From Candidatus Firestoneibacteriota bacterium (lineage in GTDB: Bacteria > Oederibacteriota > D2-FULL-39-29 > CAIOVX01), in the NCBI GenBank assembly GCA_903861835.1, contig CAIOVX010000011.1, forward strand, positions 66,122-130,121: a stretch of 64,000 nt of DNA, given 5' to 3'. The position numbers and the translations under genes were made by a program. How positions within the stretch are numbered: the first letter of the stretch is position 1; each line of letters starts with the position of its first letter. Shown piece after piece: positions 9,698-19,655 of the stretch. The notes beneath the pieces were generated by a model. That model saw nothing but the letters and a program-made list of their open reading frames with translations, made no database searches and was not told the origin of the DNA.

Positions 9698-11611
9698 TTG
9701 ATAAATTACGCTTACATAATACCGTTCCTGCCGCTTGCGGCCTTTGCGGTAAATATTTTCTTCGGGAAAAGGCTAAAGGGCGTTTCCGCTTATATCGGTA
9801 TTGCGGCAATTTCTGCTTCTTTCCTGATGTCGCTCGCAATCTTCTTTGCCTTCCTCGGCGGCGCGCAAAAATATGAAGTAAATCCTGAATGGCTGAATCT
9901 CGGCGCAGTAAAATTTGGAATGGGCTTTCTGGTGGACGGTATGACCTCGGTAATGCTTATTGTGGTCACTCTCGTCAGTCTGCTCGTTCAGATATATTCC
10001 ATAGGCTATATGCACGGCGACCCGAGATACCCTAGGTATTACGCGTACCTGGGGCTCTTCACTTTCTCAATGCTGCTCCTCGTCATTGCCAATAACTTCG
10101 CAATGATGTTCGTCTCCTGGGAATTGGTCGGGGTAAGTTCCTACCTGCTCATCGGTTTCTGGTACGAGAAGAAATCAGCTTCAGACGCTGGCAGGAAAGC
10201 GTTTATAACAAACAAGTTCGGAGATTTTGGTTTCTCCATCGGCATAATGATGATATTCGCTTTGTGCGGCACGCTGAATTTCGGCGAGGTCGCGGAGGCC
10301 ATATCCAAGGGGACTCTCTCAGGCAGCGCTTTGACGCTTGCGGGAATACTCGTATTCTGCGGTGCAATCGGAAAGTCGGCCCAATTCCCTCTGCATGTTT
10401 GGCTTCCTGACGCTATGGAAGGCCCAACGCCTGTTTCCGCTCTTATCCATGCCGCTACAATGGTTGCGGCCGGCGTCTATCTTGTGGCAAGGACCTATTT
10501 TCTTTATGCGGCTTCACCTGCTGCATCGGCAGTAGTTGCGTATACCGGTATTTTTACCGCCTTCTTTGCGGCTACGATGGCGCTTGCGGCAACCGATATC
10601 AAGAGAGTGCTCGCGTTCTCTACTGTAAGCCAGCTGGGCTATATGATAATGGCGCTCGGCGTCGGCGGTTTCACTGCGGGTATGTTTCACCTGACAACTC
10701 ACGCTTTCTTCAAAGCGCTGCTCTTCCTCGGCGCGGGTTCCGTGATACACGGCGCGGCTACGCAGGATATCAGGGATATGGGCGGGCTCGGCAAGCACAT
10801 GAAGATTACTATGGTGACTTTCTTCATAGCATGTCTTGCGATTGCCGGAATTCCCCCGTTCTCGGGGTTTTACAGCAAAGATGAAGTTCTTCTGGCAGCG
10901 TTCAACTACAGCAAGCCAATCTATATCGTAGCGACTTTTACCGCTTTCATGACCGCATTCTACATGTTCAGGCTATTCTTTAGGACTTTCACCGGGGAGA
11001 TGAGAACCAAGCTTCATCCCCACGAATCACCTTATTCCATGACCATCCCGCTTATGGTTCTGGCGGTTCTCTCAGTTGTAGCCGGCTGGCTCTTTGTTCA
11101 GGGGCACGCGTTTGAGTCGCTGGTGCATTTCAAAGAAGGCGCGGCGGAAGAGGGAAATGCTCTTGTTGTTTGGATTTCAATCGCGGCCTCGGTAATAGGC
11201 ATCGGACTGGCTTCTGCGATCTATGTATTTAAAGTTGTTCCGGACGGCTTCTTTAGAAATAAATTTCCCCGCATACATAAGGTGCTCATCAACAAATGGT
11301 ATGTTGACGAGTTCTATGACAAGACCGTAATCAAACCGTCGCTCAATCTGGCGCGCAGGTTGTTTTCTTTCGACGCAAAATATGTTGACGGCGCGGTGAA
11401 CCTGACAGGACTTGTAAATGTGATTATCAGCAAACTGCACAATATATTTGATAAGGCCGCGGTTGACGGCGCAGTTAACGGAGTCGCGGACGTTGCGCAA
11501 AGCGGAAGCGGGTTGCTCCGCAAGGTTCAGACCGGACTGGTGCAGAACTATATGTTTCTTCTGGTTGCGGGCGCGGCGCTGGCAGTTGTCGTTTTCTTCT
11601 TCATTAAATGA
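9698..11611 (+). CDS. nuoL: NADH-quinone oxidoreductase subunit L
   Basis: WELVGVSSYLLIGFW, GKSAQFPLHVWLPDAMEGPTPVSALIHAATMV, HAFFKALLFL. Confidence 0.95.
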   Translation: MINYAYIIPFLPLAAFAVNIFFGKRLKGVSAYIGIAAISASFLMSLAIFFAFLGGAQKYEVNPEWLNLGAVKFGMGFLVDGMTSVMLIVVTLVSLLVQIYSIGYMHGDPRYPRYYAYLGLFTFSMLLLVIANNFAMMFVSWELVGVSSYLLIGFWYEKKSASDAGRKAFITNKFGDFGFSIGIMMIFALCGTLNFGEVAEAISKGTLSGSALTLAGILVFCGAIGKSAQFPLHVWLPDAMEGPTPVSALIHAATMVAAGVYLVARTYFLYAASPAASAVVAYTGIFTAFFAATMALAATDIKRVLAFSTVSQLGYMIMALGVGGFTAGMFHLTTHAFFKALLFLGAGSVIHGAATQDIRDMGGLGKHMKITMVTFFIACLAIAGIPPFSGFYSKDEVLLAAFNYSKPIYIVATFTAFMTAFYMFRLFFRTFTGEMRTKLHPHESPYSMTIPLMVLAVLSVVAGWLFVQGHAFESLVHFKEGAAEEGNALVVWISIAASVIGIGLASAIYVFKVVPDGFFRNKFPRIHKVLINKWYVDEFYDKTVIKPSLNLARRLFSFDAKYVDGAVNLTGLVNVIISKLHNIFDKAAVDGAVNGVADVAQSGSGLLRKVQTGLVQNYMFLLVAGAALAVVVFFFIK

Positions 11612-11624
11612 AAAAGATTTTTCT

Positions 11625-11730
11625 GGTTACACGGATTTAGAAAAGGCGTTTACGCGGATTAGAAATGGAAACTGGCAGGGTGAAGGTTTTACGTTAAGCT
11701 GCGTAATCTGTTTCGGGAATCCGAGTAATC
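11625..11730. repeat. Imperfect inverted-repeat element between nuoL and nuoM
   Basis: Left GGTTACACGGATT and TTTACGCGGATT; right CTGCGTAATC and AATCCGAGTAATC. Confidence 0.6.
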
Positions 11731-11775
11731 CTGAAGAACTTGTTTCTTGAATAGTTTCAGTTGAAAGGAGGAAGG

Positions 11776-13257
11776 ATGCTGTTAACACTGGTGACATTTA
11801 TTCCGTTCATCGGAGGACTGGCTCTTCTATTTATTCCGAAGGGCAAAGACAATCTCGTGAGAGGCGTAGCAACCGCTGCTGCCGCGGTCTCGCTTGTCCT
11901 GTCCGTTATTGTTCTTCTCGGCTACGATAAAAGCATAGCCGGGATGCAGTTTATTGAACAGTGCAACTGGATACCTTCCCTTAATGTCACCTATTTTCTG
12001 GGTGTCGACGGCTTAAGTATCGCGATGCTGGTGCTTACCACACTGCTCTCGCTTATCTCTGTTATTTATTCGTACAATATCACCTCCAGGGTAAAGGAAT
12101 ACTTTTTCTTTTTCCTGTTGCTTGAGACCGGAATGCTCGGAGTCTTCGTTGCGCTGGATTTCTTCCTGTTTTACGTTTTCTGGGAAATTACGCTTGTCCC
12201 GATGTACTTCCTGATAGGCATCTGGGGCGGTCCGAGGAAAGAGTATGCGGCCATCAAGTTCTTCCTTTACACGCTTTTTGGAAGCGTAATAATGCTGCTT
12301 GGGATTATCGCGCTCTATTTTACGAGCGCGCCGCATACTTTCAATATGCTTGAGCTGGCAAAACAGGCCCCGCTCTTTACGAAAATCTTTCAGAATGTTA
12401 TATACGTCGCGCTCTTCATCGGGTTTGCGATTAAGGTGCCGGTCTTCCCGTTTCACACCTGGCTGCCTGACGCCCACGTTGAAGCGCCAACCGCGGTCAG
12501 CGTAATACTTGCCGGAGTTCTGCTTAAGATGGGAACCTACGGAATGCTGCGTGTAAGCTTTAGCATACTTCCGCAGGCAGTCGCCTATTTCGCGATCCCG
12601 CTTGCCGTGCTGGCAATGATAAATATAGTTTACGGCGCCTATTGCGCGATGGCCCAGAAAGACTTAAAGAAGATGATTGCGTACTCCTCAATTAATCATA
12701 TGGGTTATGTTCTCCTTGGTATGGCGGCAATGACCACGGCCGGAATGAACGGAGCAATCTTCCAGATGTTCAATCACGGTATCATCACCGGAGCTCTCTT
12801 CCTGCTCGTCGGCGTAGTCTACGACAGGGCGCATACGAGAGATATTGAAGGTTTCGGCGGGCTTGGCTCCATAATGCCGGTCTACACCGGAATCATGATG
12901 GTTGCGGTTTTCGCTTCCCTCGGACTTCCCGGACTTGCGGGTTTCTGGTCTGAGTTCATGTGCTTCCTCGGGGCCTTCCAGGTGCAGAATACCTGGATGA
13001 AATTAATTACCGGTTTCTCGGCCATCGGCATCATTGTAACGGCTGCGTACTTCCTTGTAATGATTCAGAAAGTGTTTCTGGGACCTGTTAACGAGAAGTG
13101 GAAGGGCCTGCCGGAAATTAACACCAGAGAACTCATTGCGGTTTTGCCGCTTATCGTCATAATGATAGTCCTCGGTTTCCTGCCGAGAATAGTGATGGAG
13201 TTGTCTTCCGCGAGCGTTGCTTCAATGCTAAATACACTGGGGACCCTTAAGCCATGA
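11776..13257 (+). CDS. nuoM: NADH-quinone oxidoreductase subunit M
   Basis: FYVFWEITLVPMYFLIGIWG, PFHTWLPDAHVEAPT, LKMGTYG; ATG after AGGAGG (track start 11761). Confidence 0.95.
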   Translation: MLLTLVTFIPFIGGLALLFIPKGKDNLVRGVATAAAAVSLVLSVIVLLGYDKSIAGMQFIEQCNWIPSLNVTYFLGVDGLSIAMLVLTTLLSLISVIYSYNITSRVKEYFFFFLLLETGMLGVFVALDFFLFYVFWEITLVPMYFLIGIWGGPRKEYAAIKFFLYTLFGSVIMLLGIIALYFTSAPHTFNMLELAKQAPLFTKIFQNVIYVALFIGFAIKVPVFPFHTWLPDAHVEAPTAVSVILAGVLLKMGTYGMLRVSFSILPQAVAYFAIPLAVLAMINIVYGAYCAMAQKDLKKMIAYSSINHMGYVLLGMAAMTTAGMNGAIFQMFNHGIITGALFLLVGVVYDRAHTRDIEGFGGLGSIMPVYTGIMMVAVFASLGLPGLAGFWSEFMCFLGAFQVQNTWMKLITGFSAIGIIVTAAYFLVMIQKVFLGPVNEKWKGLPEINTRELIAVLPLIVIMIVLGFLPRIVMELSSASVASMLNTLGTLKP

Positions 13258-14714
13258 ACATTGCGTCGCTGCGCGATTTCATATATCTGGTGCCCGAGAC
13301 TTATATCCTTTGTCTCGGTATCCTGATACTTGTTTTCGATCTTTTCATACCTGAAAAGTTCAGACGCAGGTACATAATAAACCTTTCGGTTTGGGGACTG
13401 CTCCTATCGCTCTTGCTGCTTGTTTACGCTCCCGCCAAAGGCCTGGTGCTTAGCGGAATGGTTTCAATTGATGCCTACGCAATATTCTTTAAATTTATCA
13501 TTATTCTCTCCGCCATATTCGCTTTGACTATGGCCAGGTATTACGCTCCGCTCAAGACAGAGGCAATCGGGGAGTTCTCTGCGCTCGTTGTTTTCGCGGT
13601 TCTCGGCATGATGTTCATGGCCTCTTCGAGCGACCTTTTGATGATCTTCCTCAGCGTGGAATTTGTAAGTATTGCCTTCTTTGTGCTTACCGGATTTATA
13701 AAGAACGATCCTAAGTCAGCTGAGGGCGCGCTCAAGTACTTCCTTGTAGGCGCATTTTCGGCTGGCATCTTCGTTTACGGTATGTCGCTGGTAATTACGG
13801 CGACAGGCACGACTAACCTAAAGGCCATGTCTGAAATACTGCGGGCTTCAGGCGGCTATAGCCCGTTATTTATAGCCGGATTCCTACTCATGCTTGTAGG
13901 TTTTGGCTATAAAATAGCTATGGTACCCTTTCATACCTGGGCGCCGGAAGCTTATGAAGGCGCTCCGACACCGGTAACCGCGCTGCTTTCTGCAGCTTCA
14001 AAAGCCGCGGGCTTTGCCGTGCTTCTGAGGGTCGCTTTGGCCGCTGCATTTGGCAGAGCCGACCTGGTTATGGCGCTCGCAGTGCTAGCCGCTCTCACGA
14101 TGACTGCCGGTAACCTTATGGCCCTGCAGCAGAACAATGTTAAGAGGCTGCTTGCCTACTCAGGTATTGCCCATTCAGGTTATATCCTAATGGGTATCGT
14201 CGCCGCCTGCTCGGGAGGTTCGCCTTCTCTGGGCATTACCTCGGTACTCCTTTATGCCTTTGTCTATATGCTGATGAACATAGGCGTTTTTGCCGTGATT
14301 ATCGCGTTCTATAACAAGACCGGAAGCGATGAGATTCAGTCCTATGCCGGTTTTTCCAAGAACAACCCGTATCTTGCGCTGCTGCTTGTAGTCCTTTTGG
14401 TTTCGCTTGCCGGAATACCTCCGACAGCGGGATTCATAGGGAAGTTTTACGTTTTCTCGGCTATAATACAGGCAGGCCCTAAGTTCCTTTGGCTTGCGAT
14501 TATCGGAATAATGAACAGCGTAATCGCTCTCTATTATTATTTCAGAATTGCTTACTCTGTATATTTCGGAACGGCTAAGGATGAAGCGAAGGTTGAACTT
14601 TCTACCGGACTTGCCGTCATCATTGGTCTCACGGTGCTTCTGGTCCTGTTTGTCTGTATTTATCCAGATCCGTTTATTTCCGCGGCTGCCGGATCAGTCT
14701 TAAATCTATGGTAA
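13254..14714 (+). CDS. nuoN: NADH-quinone oxidoreductase subunit N
   Basis: SAEGALKYF, PFHTWAPEAYEGAPTPV, KRLLAYSGIAH, AGIPPTAGFIGK. Confidence 0.93.
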   Translation: MNIASLRDFIYLVPETYILCLGILILVFDLFIPEKFRRRYIINLSVWGLLLSLLLLVYAPAKGLVLSGMVSIDAYAIFFKFIIILSAIFALTMARYYAPLKTEAIGEFSALVVFAVLGMMFMASSSDLLMIFLSVEFVSIAFFVLTGFIKNDPKSAEGALKYFLVGAFSAGIFVYGMSLVITATGTTNLKAMSEILRASGGYSPLFIAGFLLMLVGFGYKIAMVPFHTWAPEAYEGAPTPVTALLSAASKAAGFAVLLRVALAAAFGRADLVMALAVLAALTMTAGNLMALQQNNVKRLLAYSGIAHSGYILMGIVAACSGGSPSLGITSVLLYAFVYMLMNIGVFAVIIAFYNKTGSDEIQSYAGFSKNNPYLALLLVVLLVSLAGIPPTAGFIGKFYVFSAIIQAGPKFLWLAIIGIMNSVIALYYYFRIAYSVYFGTAKDEAKVELSTGLAVIIGLTVLLVLFVCIYPDPFISAAAGSVLNLW

Positions 14715-15313
14715 AGGCACTTGCAGCGTTCCTTTTTGCCGCTTTGGCGCTCCCGGTATTTCCCTCTGAGCCGCCGCAGCCTCAGGTAACTCCGGAGCGG
14801 GGTCCCTCGGCTTTTGAACTTAAAGTCGGAGAGCTTTCGGTAAAGCAGGCCGAAATATCTGGCGAGCTGCTTACGATTAAAGGTTCGGTCAGGTGGTTGT
14901 CGGAAAAAATTAACCTGGTCGCGAAAGATGTTACCGCGGAGAGAAAGTCTGCCGAACAGTTAGGACTCGATCTTTTAAAAGCGCAGGCGGATCTTGAGAA
15001 GGCAGTTAAAGAAGCGGCTTCTTTCTCGGATGACCTGGATTCTCTAAAGTCGAAACTCAGTTATCTTGAGAATGACTCGAAGGTCAGGTCGGATGATTTG
15101 AAGAGTATCCGAGAGAACCTTTCTGCCTTGAAGAAAAGCGTCGACGCTAATTCCGAGAGCCTTGTGGACTGCAGGAAAACTTGTCTCCGGCTGCAGGAAC
15201 AATTAAACAAAAGCAGCAGGCTTACGCCTGAAGATCCGGCCGGTTGGCCTTATTGGGGAGTGGCGGGGACGGCGGTAGGGGTGTTGGCGTTAATTCTCGC
15301 GATAGTGAAATAA
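14708..15313 (+). CDS. Exported coiled-coil protein with C-terminal membrane anchor
   Basis: N-terminal signal peptide, heptad-rich middle, hydrophobic tail. Confidence 0.7.
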   Translation: MVKALAAFLFAALALPVFPSEPPQPQVTPERGPSAFELKVGELSVKQAEISGELLTIKGSVRWLSEKINLVAKDVTAERKSAEQLGLDLLKAQADLEKAVKEAASFSDDLDSLKSKLSYLENDSKVRSDDLKSIRENLSALKKSVDANSESLVDCRKTCLRLQEQLNKSSRLTPEDPAGWPYWGVAGTAVGVLALILAIVK

Positions 15314-15355
15314 TACTAAAAAATAGTTTATAACGTAAACAACCAGGAGACTAAT

Positions 15356-16222
15356 ATGAATAGCATGACGGGTTTTGGGCGCGGAGTTAAGGAATCTAAG
15401 GGCGTCCGCTATTCAGTTGAGATTAGTTCAGTTAATCACAAGTATTTTGATATAGGTTTCCGTATGCCCGGTTCAATGAACGAATACCAGAATAAACTCC
15501 GGGAGCTGCTGCACGCGAGAATTGACCGCGGACACGTTGAAGTCAATATCTTTGCGTGGGAAAACAAGGAAGAAAAAGAAATAATTGTGAATAGTAAACT
15601 TGCGAGGAAGTATCTGAGCGCCCTTTCCGGTCTCGGCAAGGCGCTCAAACTGAAGGACGATATTTCAATTGACCAGATACTTAAGTTCAACGATATAATA
15701 AGAATCACCGAACATAAAGAAACGAGTTTTCCTGCCTTGAAAGAGGCTTTCGAGTCGGCTCTTGCAGGTTTGACAGCTTCCAGGAAAAATGAAGGCGCGA
15801 AGGTCTCGAAAGATATTAGTTCGAGGACGGTTTCGCTCTCCAGGATGCTCGATACTATAATTAAGATAAATGCCAGAATAATGCCGGAAAAGAAAAAAGC
15901 GGTAACCGAAAAACTGCAGGAGATATTCCGGGATGTAGAGAGGATAGACCAGAACAGAATCTGCGCGGAAGCCTCACTGATGGTTGAAAAGGCGGACATT
16001 TCCGAAGAGATAGCGAGACTCTCAGGGCATATTGAAGAGTTTAGACGGATAGCCGGAGAGAATAAACCTGCCGGCAGAAAACTTGATTTTCTCCTGCAGG
16101 AGTTTATGCGGGAGATTAACACCATAGGCAGCAAGTGCAACACTAATGAAATCTCCCATATAGTTGTCGCTTTCAAGGAAGAGCTGGAGAAGGTGAGGGA
16201 ACAGGTTCAGAATGTTGAATAA
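15356..16222 (+). CDS. yicC: YicC/YloC family endoribonuclease
   Basis: MNSMTGFGR, SVNHKY, DISEEIARL, GRKLDFLLQEFMREINTIGSK. Confidence 0.93.
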   Translation: MNSMTGFGRGVKESKGVRYSVEISSVNHKYFDIGFRMPGSMNEYQNKLRELLHARIDRGHVEVNIFAWENKEEKEIIVNSKLARKYLSALSGLGKALKLKDDISIDQILKFNDIIRITEHKETSFPALKEAFESALAGLTASRKNEGAKVSKDISSRTVSLSRMLDTIIKINARIMPEKKKAVTEKLQEIFRDVERIDQNRICAEASLMVEKADISEEIARLSGHIEEFRRIAGENKPAGRKLDFLLQEFMREINTIGSKCNTNEISHIVVAFKEELEKVREQVQNVE

Positions 16223-16844
16223 CAAAAAGTTCAAAGCCGCGCTTAAAAAGTGGGGCAGGAAGCACGGACGCCTCGTGGTTATTTCCTCTCCGACGGCCGG
16301 AGGCAAGACCACCGTATGCGCTGAGCTTATCAGATCCGACAGTTCCTGCGTACGTTCTGTTTCGTGCACAACTCGCCTGCCAAGGAAAGGAGAGAAGAAC
16401 GGCGTTGATTATCATTTTGTTAGCGCAAAAATATTCAAGGAAAGGATAAAGGAAGGATTTTTCCTTGAATGGGCCAGAGTCCATGACAGTTATTACGGCA
16501 CACCCCGCAAATACGCAGAGACGCTGCTCCGTAAGGGATTAAATGTAATTTTGACCATAGATGTAAAAGGCGGCAGGCAGGTTAAGGAAAACTTTAAGGA
16601 TGCCTGTTTGATATTTCTTCTGCCCCCTTCGTTCAAAGAAATGCTGGGGAGGATAAAGCGGCGGGGGACAGAGAGCCTCGAAGCGGTGGAGTTAAGACTT
16701 AAAACGGCAGAAAAAGAAATTAAAGAACTGCCGGCTTACGGCTACCTTGTGATAAACGACACTCTTAGAGAAGCTGTCGGAAGCATAAAGGCAATAATTA
16801 AAGCGGAAAATTCAAAACTGAAACCGGTAAAGGAGGAAATATAA
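16212..16844 (+). CDS. gmk: Guanylate kinase
   Basis: SSPTAGGKTT P-loop, SCTTRLPRKGEKNGVDYHF, YYGTP. Confidence 0.95.
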   Translation: MLNNKKFKAALKKWGRKHGRLVVISSPTAGGKTTVCAELIRSDSSCVRSVSCTTRLPRKGEKNGVDYHFVSAKIFKERIKEGFFLEWARVHDSYYGTPRKYAETLLRKGLNVILTIDVKGGRQVKENFKDACLIFLLPPSFKEMLGRIKRRGTESLEAVELRLKTAEKEIKELPAYGYLVINDTLREAVGSIKAIIKAENSKLKPVKEEI

Positions 16845-17056
16845 TGTCAACATTCAAACTGGAAAAGCTGCTCGATAAGGTGGACAACAAGTACATGCTG
16901 TCGGTTCTCGCGGCGAAAAGGGCGAGAGTATTAAACGACAGGAGCTTCGATTTTGACACCAAATCTACTTTTCACAAAGCGACAAGCATTGCCCTTGAAG
17001 AGACTCTTGACGGGAAAGTAAGACTGAAAGAGGAAGGCAAGAAGAAGGCGAAGTAA
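16844..17056 (+). CDS. rpoZ: RNA polymerase omega subunit
   Basis: NKYMLSVLAAKRAR, IALEE; canonical position after gmk. Confidence 0.9.
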   Translation: MSTFKLEKLLDKVDNKYMLSVLAAKRARVLNDRSFDFDTKSTFHKATSIALEETLDGKVRLKEEGKKKAK

Positions 17057-17077
17057 GTTCCCTTTAAAAGGACTAAC

Positions 17078-17773
17078 GTGGCCGAAAGCGCGAGGGAACA
17101 GTTGAAAAAAAGGATAAAAGAAGCCGTAGAAGTTGACGGTTATGTTTATTTCAGGGAAAAGTCCGGCAAAAAGCCTTTGGCCGGCACTCCGCTTTTTGCG
17201 GGTAAAGCCGAAGCGCTCAAAGCTCTGTACGGAAGTATTAAGGAATGCAAGAAATGCGTTCTCGGTTCCTCGCGCAAGAACTTTGTCTTTGGGGAAGGAG
17301 ATCCTGAAGCAAAACTCGTATTCATCGGAGAAGCTCCGGGCGCGACTGAAGACGAACAGGGACGTCCTTTCGTCGGAAAGGCCGGACTTCTGCTTAACAA
17401 GATCATAGAGTCAATCGGGTTTAAAAGGGAAGAGGTTTTTATCCTGAATGTGCTCAAATGCCGTCCGCCGGAGAATAGGCCTCCCGAGCCGGAAGAAGAA
17501 ATCCTATGTCTCCCTTACCTGAAAGCCCAGCTTTCAATTATCGCGCCGAAAATTATTTGCACGCTCGGAAATCCAGCCACGCATATCCTGTTAAATACTG
17601 AGATTGGTATCACCAAATTGCGCGGCACGCTTCAGGACTACTGCGGGATACCGGTTATTCCAACCTACCATCCTTCAGCCTGCCTTAGAAATCCTAATCT
17701 GAAAGTTGATGTCTGGAGCGATGTAAAGCTGCTCAGGAAGGAATATGACAGAATATGTCGAAGCGGCGATTAA
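17078..17773 (+). CDS. Uracil-DNA glycosylase, family 4 (Fe-S)
   Basis: CKKC, GEAPGATED, GRPFVG, KCRPPENR, TYHPS. Confidence 0.93.
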   Translation: MAESAREQLKKRIKEAVEVDGYVYFREKSGKKPLAGTPLFAGKAEALKALYGSIKECKKCVLGSSRKNFVFGEGDPEAKLVFIGEAPGATEDEQGRPFVGKAGLLLNKIIESIGFKREEVFILNVLKCRPPENRPPEPEEEILCLPYLKAQLSIIAPKIICTLGNPATHILLNTEIGITKLRGTLQDYCGIPVIPTYHPSACLRNPNLKVDVWSDVKLLRKEYDRICRSGD

Positions 17774-19601
17774 CGCCCCGGGTGATATTTCTTTTACCTA
17801 TCTGATTCCTGAAGCGCTCAAGGGCAAACTCTCTCTTTTCCAGCGCGTTACCGTTCCGCTTGGAAACAGGAAAGCGCTCGCTTTTGTCACAGGTTTCCCG
17901 GCCTCCTCTGCGGTTTCTAACCTTAAGGAAATAGACTCTGTTTTTGATCCGGTCCCGGTCTTTGGTGAAAGCCTCGCCGGCTTGGCCTCCTGGATGGCAG
18001 CTGAATACGCGGCTTCACTCGGGATGTGCCTTCACACAATGCTGCCTGATAAATTAAAAACATTTCCCCCGTCGAGAGGCAAATTTCCGCCGTTGCCTGC
18101 TGCATTCAAGGACGGCTGTGGAATGAAAACTTCTGTTACCTCACTTGAATTGCCGAGGGCTAAAAGGTTAGCCGGGTATCTCAAGAGAATAAGCGAAGCC
18201 GCGGCCTCCGGCGGCAAAGCGCTCGTAATACTTCCGGAAACTGAACTTATTCCGGAATTCGCAGAGAAAGTTAAAGCTGCCGGGATTCAGGTTGTGGAAG
18301 CGCACTCGAAACTGGCGCAGGGGAAAATGTATTCGGCTCTGACCGAGATGCAGCAGGAAGGACCTCTTTGCGTTGTAGCTTCAAGACAAGGGCTCTTCTT
18401 GCCTGTGAAAGGTTTGATGCTGGCCATACTTGAGGAAGAGAACGCCTCCAGTTACAGAAGCGACGAGACGCCGAGGTTTCTTGCCAGGGATGTTTTGGTG
18501 GAGCGAGCAAAGCGTTCCGGCTTTGAAGTTATTTTAGGTTCCTACCTGCTTTCCGCCGACACCAGGCACCGTTTCCCGCCTGAAAAAAGTGAACTGTTTA
18601 AACCGGGCAGGATTACTGTAGTCGCATTTAAAAATAAGTTTAGGATGCTCTCCCCGCTTGCCTTAAAACCTCTCGAAGACGCCTTGAAATTGGGTAAGAA
18701 TACCGCCCTAATTACCACGCGAAAAGGCTATTCTACGGCAATGTTCTGCGATGAATGCGGTACGGTTATCCGTTGCGCCAAATGCGGTATACCGTTAGTT
18801 GAGCATAGAGAGGATAATACTTTGCGCTGCGGTTATTGCGGGCACAGTGAGGCCTCGCCGGATGCCTGTCCAAAGTGCAAAGGAGCGCTCCTTTCCGGTA
18901 TCGGCGACGGGGTAGAACGGGCGGAAGCCGAGGCAAAGGAACTGATTCCCGGCGTTTCTACAGTTAGGATTGATACTGATGCCCTTAAAAAAAAGTCCGA
19001 CAGGTTAGTCGCAAAATCGGCCTTCAAACTCGGCAGCGGGAAACTCGCAGTTGGCACACACCTTGCTATTGGCTGTCTGTCCGGAATGGAAGGCGGGGCA
19101 GCCGTGCTTACCGGCATTGAACACATAATGAACAGAAATGATTTTCGCGCGGTTGAACAGGCGCTCTCCTTTGTGGCTAAAGCAGCGGACACGGCGCCGG
19201 ACTCGGTAAAGTTAGTTCTACAGGTAAGGGACGGTAAGAACCCGGTGGCAAGGGCAGTACAGGGCGGTTCTGTTGAGGACTTTATGAGCGTGGAGCTTGC
19301 CCAGAGAAAGGATCTGCTTTACCCTCCTTTTGCAAGGCTTGCGTTTGTGACTTTGAGCGGGAAGACTGAAGAAGAGCTTAAGGCCGCGCTCCTGTCTTTC
19401 GGTTCCGCGCTTGAAAAAAACAACTTAGACGGTGTAGAGGTTCTTGGCCCGCTTGAACTTGGAAAGTCGTTCGGAGGCTACAGATCACAGTACCTTCTGC
19501 GCTCTTCGAAAGGCGTCGGGAGACTTATAAAAGCGGCAAAACAGGTCTTCTTTCTCGATAAGAAGTTTCGAGCGAGAATGCTGGATGTTAATATTATATA
19601 G
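17745..19601 (+). CDS. priA: Primosomal protein N' with degenerate helicase motifs
   Basis: 3'-binding domain (FTY..P, RVTVPLG), four CxxC pairs, RKDLLYPPFARL; Walker A/B and motif VI not conserved. Confidence 0.85.
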   Translation: MTEYVEAAINAPGDISFTYLIPEALKGKLSLFQRVTVPLGNRKALAFVTGFPASSAVSNLKEIDSVFDPVPVFGESLAGLASWMAAEYAASLGMCLHTMLPDKLKTFPPSRGKFPPLPAAFKDGCGMKTSVTSLELPRAKRLAGYLKRISEAAASGGKALVILPETELIPEFAEKVKAAGIQVVEAHSKLAQGKMYSALTEMQQEGPLCVVASRQGLFLPVKGLMLAILEEENASSYRSDETPRFLARDVLVERAKRSGFEVILGSYLLSADTRHRFPPEKSELFKPGRITVVAFKNKFRMLSPLALKPLEDALKLGKNTALITTRKGYSTAMFCDECGTVIRCAKCGIPLVEHREDNTLRCGYCGHSEASPDACPKCKGALLSGIGDGVERAEAEAKELIPGVSTVRIDTDALKKKSDRLVAKSAFKLGSGKLAVGTHLAIGCLSGMEGGAAVLTGIEHIMNRNDFRAVEQALSFVAKAADTAPDSVKLVLQVRDGKNPVARAVQGGSVEDFMSVELAQRKDLLYPPFARLAFVTLSGKTEEELKAALLSFGSALEKNNLDGVEVLGPLELGKSFGGYRSQYLLRSSKGVGRLIKAAKQVFFLDKKFRARMLDVNII

Positions 19602-19639
19602 ATGGTCAGATGGTCAGAAGCTTAGAGGATTAGAAACGT
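19600..19639 (+). repeat. Degenerate 8-bp tandem repeat starting at the priA stop
   Basis: AGATGGTC AGATGGTC AGAAGCTT AGAGGATT AGAAACGT. Confidence 0.65.
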
Positions 19640-19655
19640 AAAACGGGGGGATGAA

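Noticed and set aside
11448..11750. 100-aa ORF spanning the nuoL end
   Set aside because: Out-of-frame overlap with nuoL, no RBS or recognisable motif
17056..17078. coaBC missing between rpoZ and UDG/priA
   Set aside because: No remnant is visible; simple relocation is common
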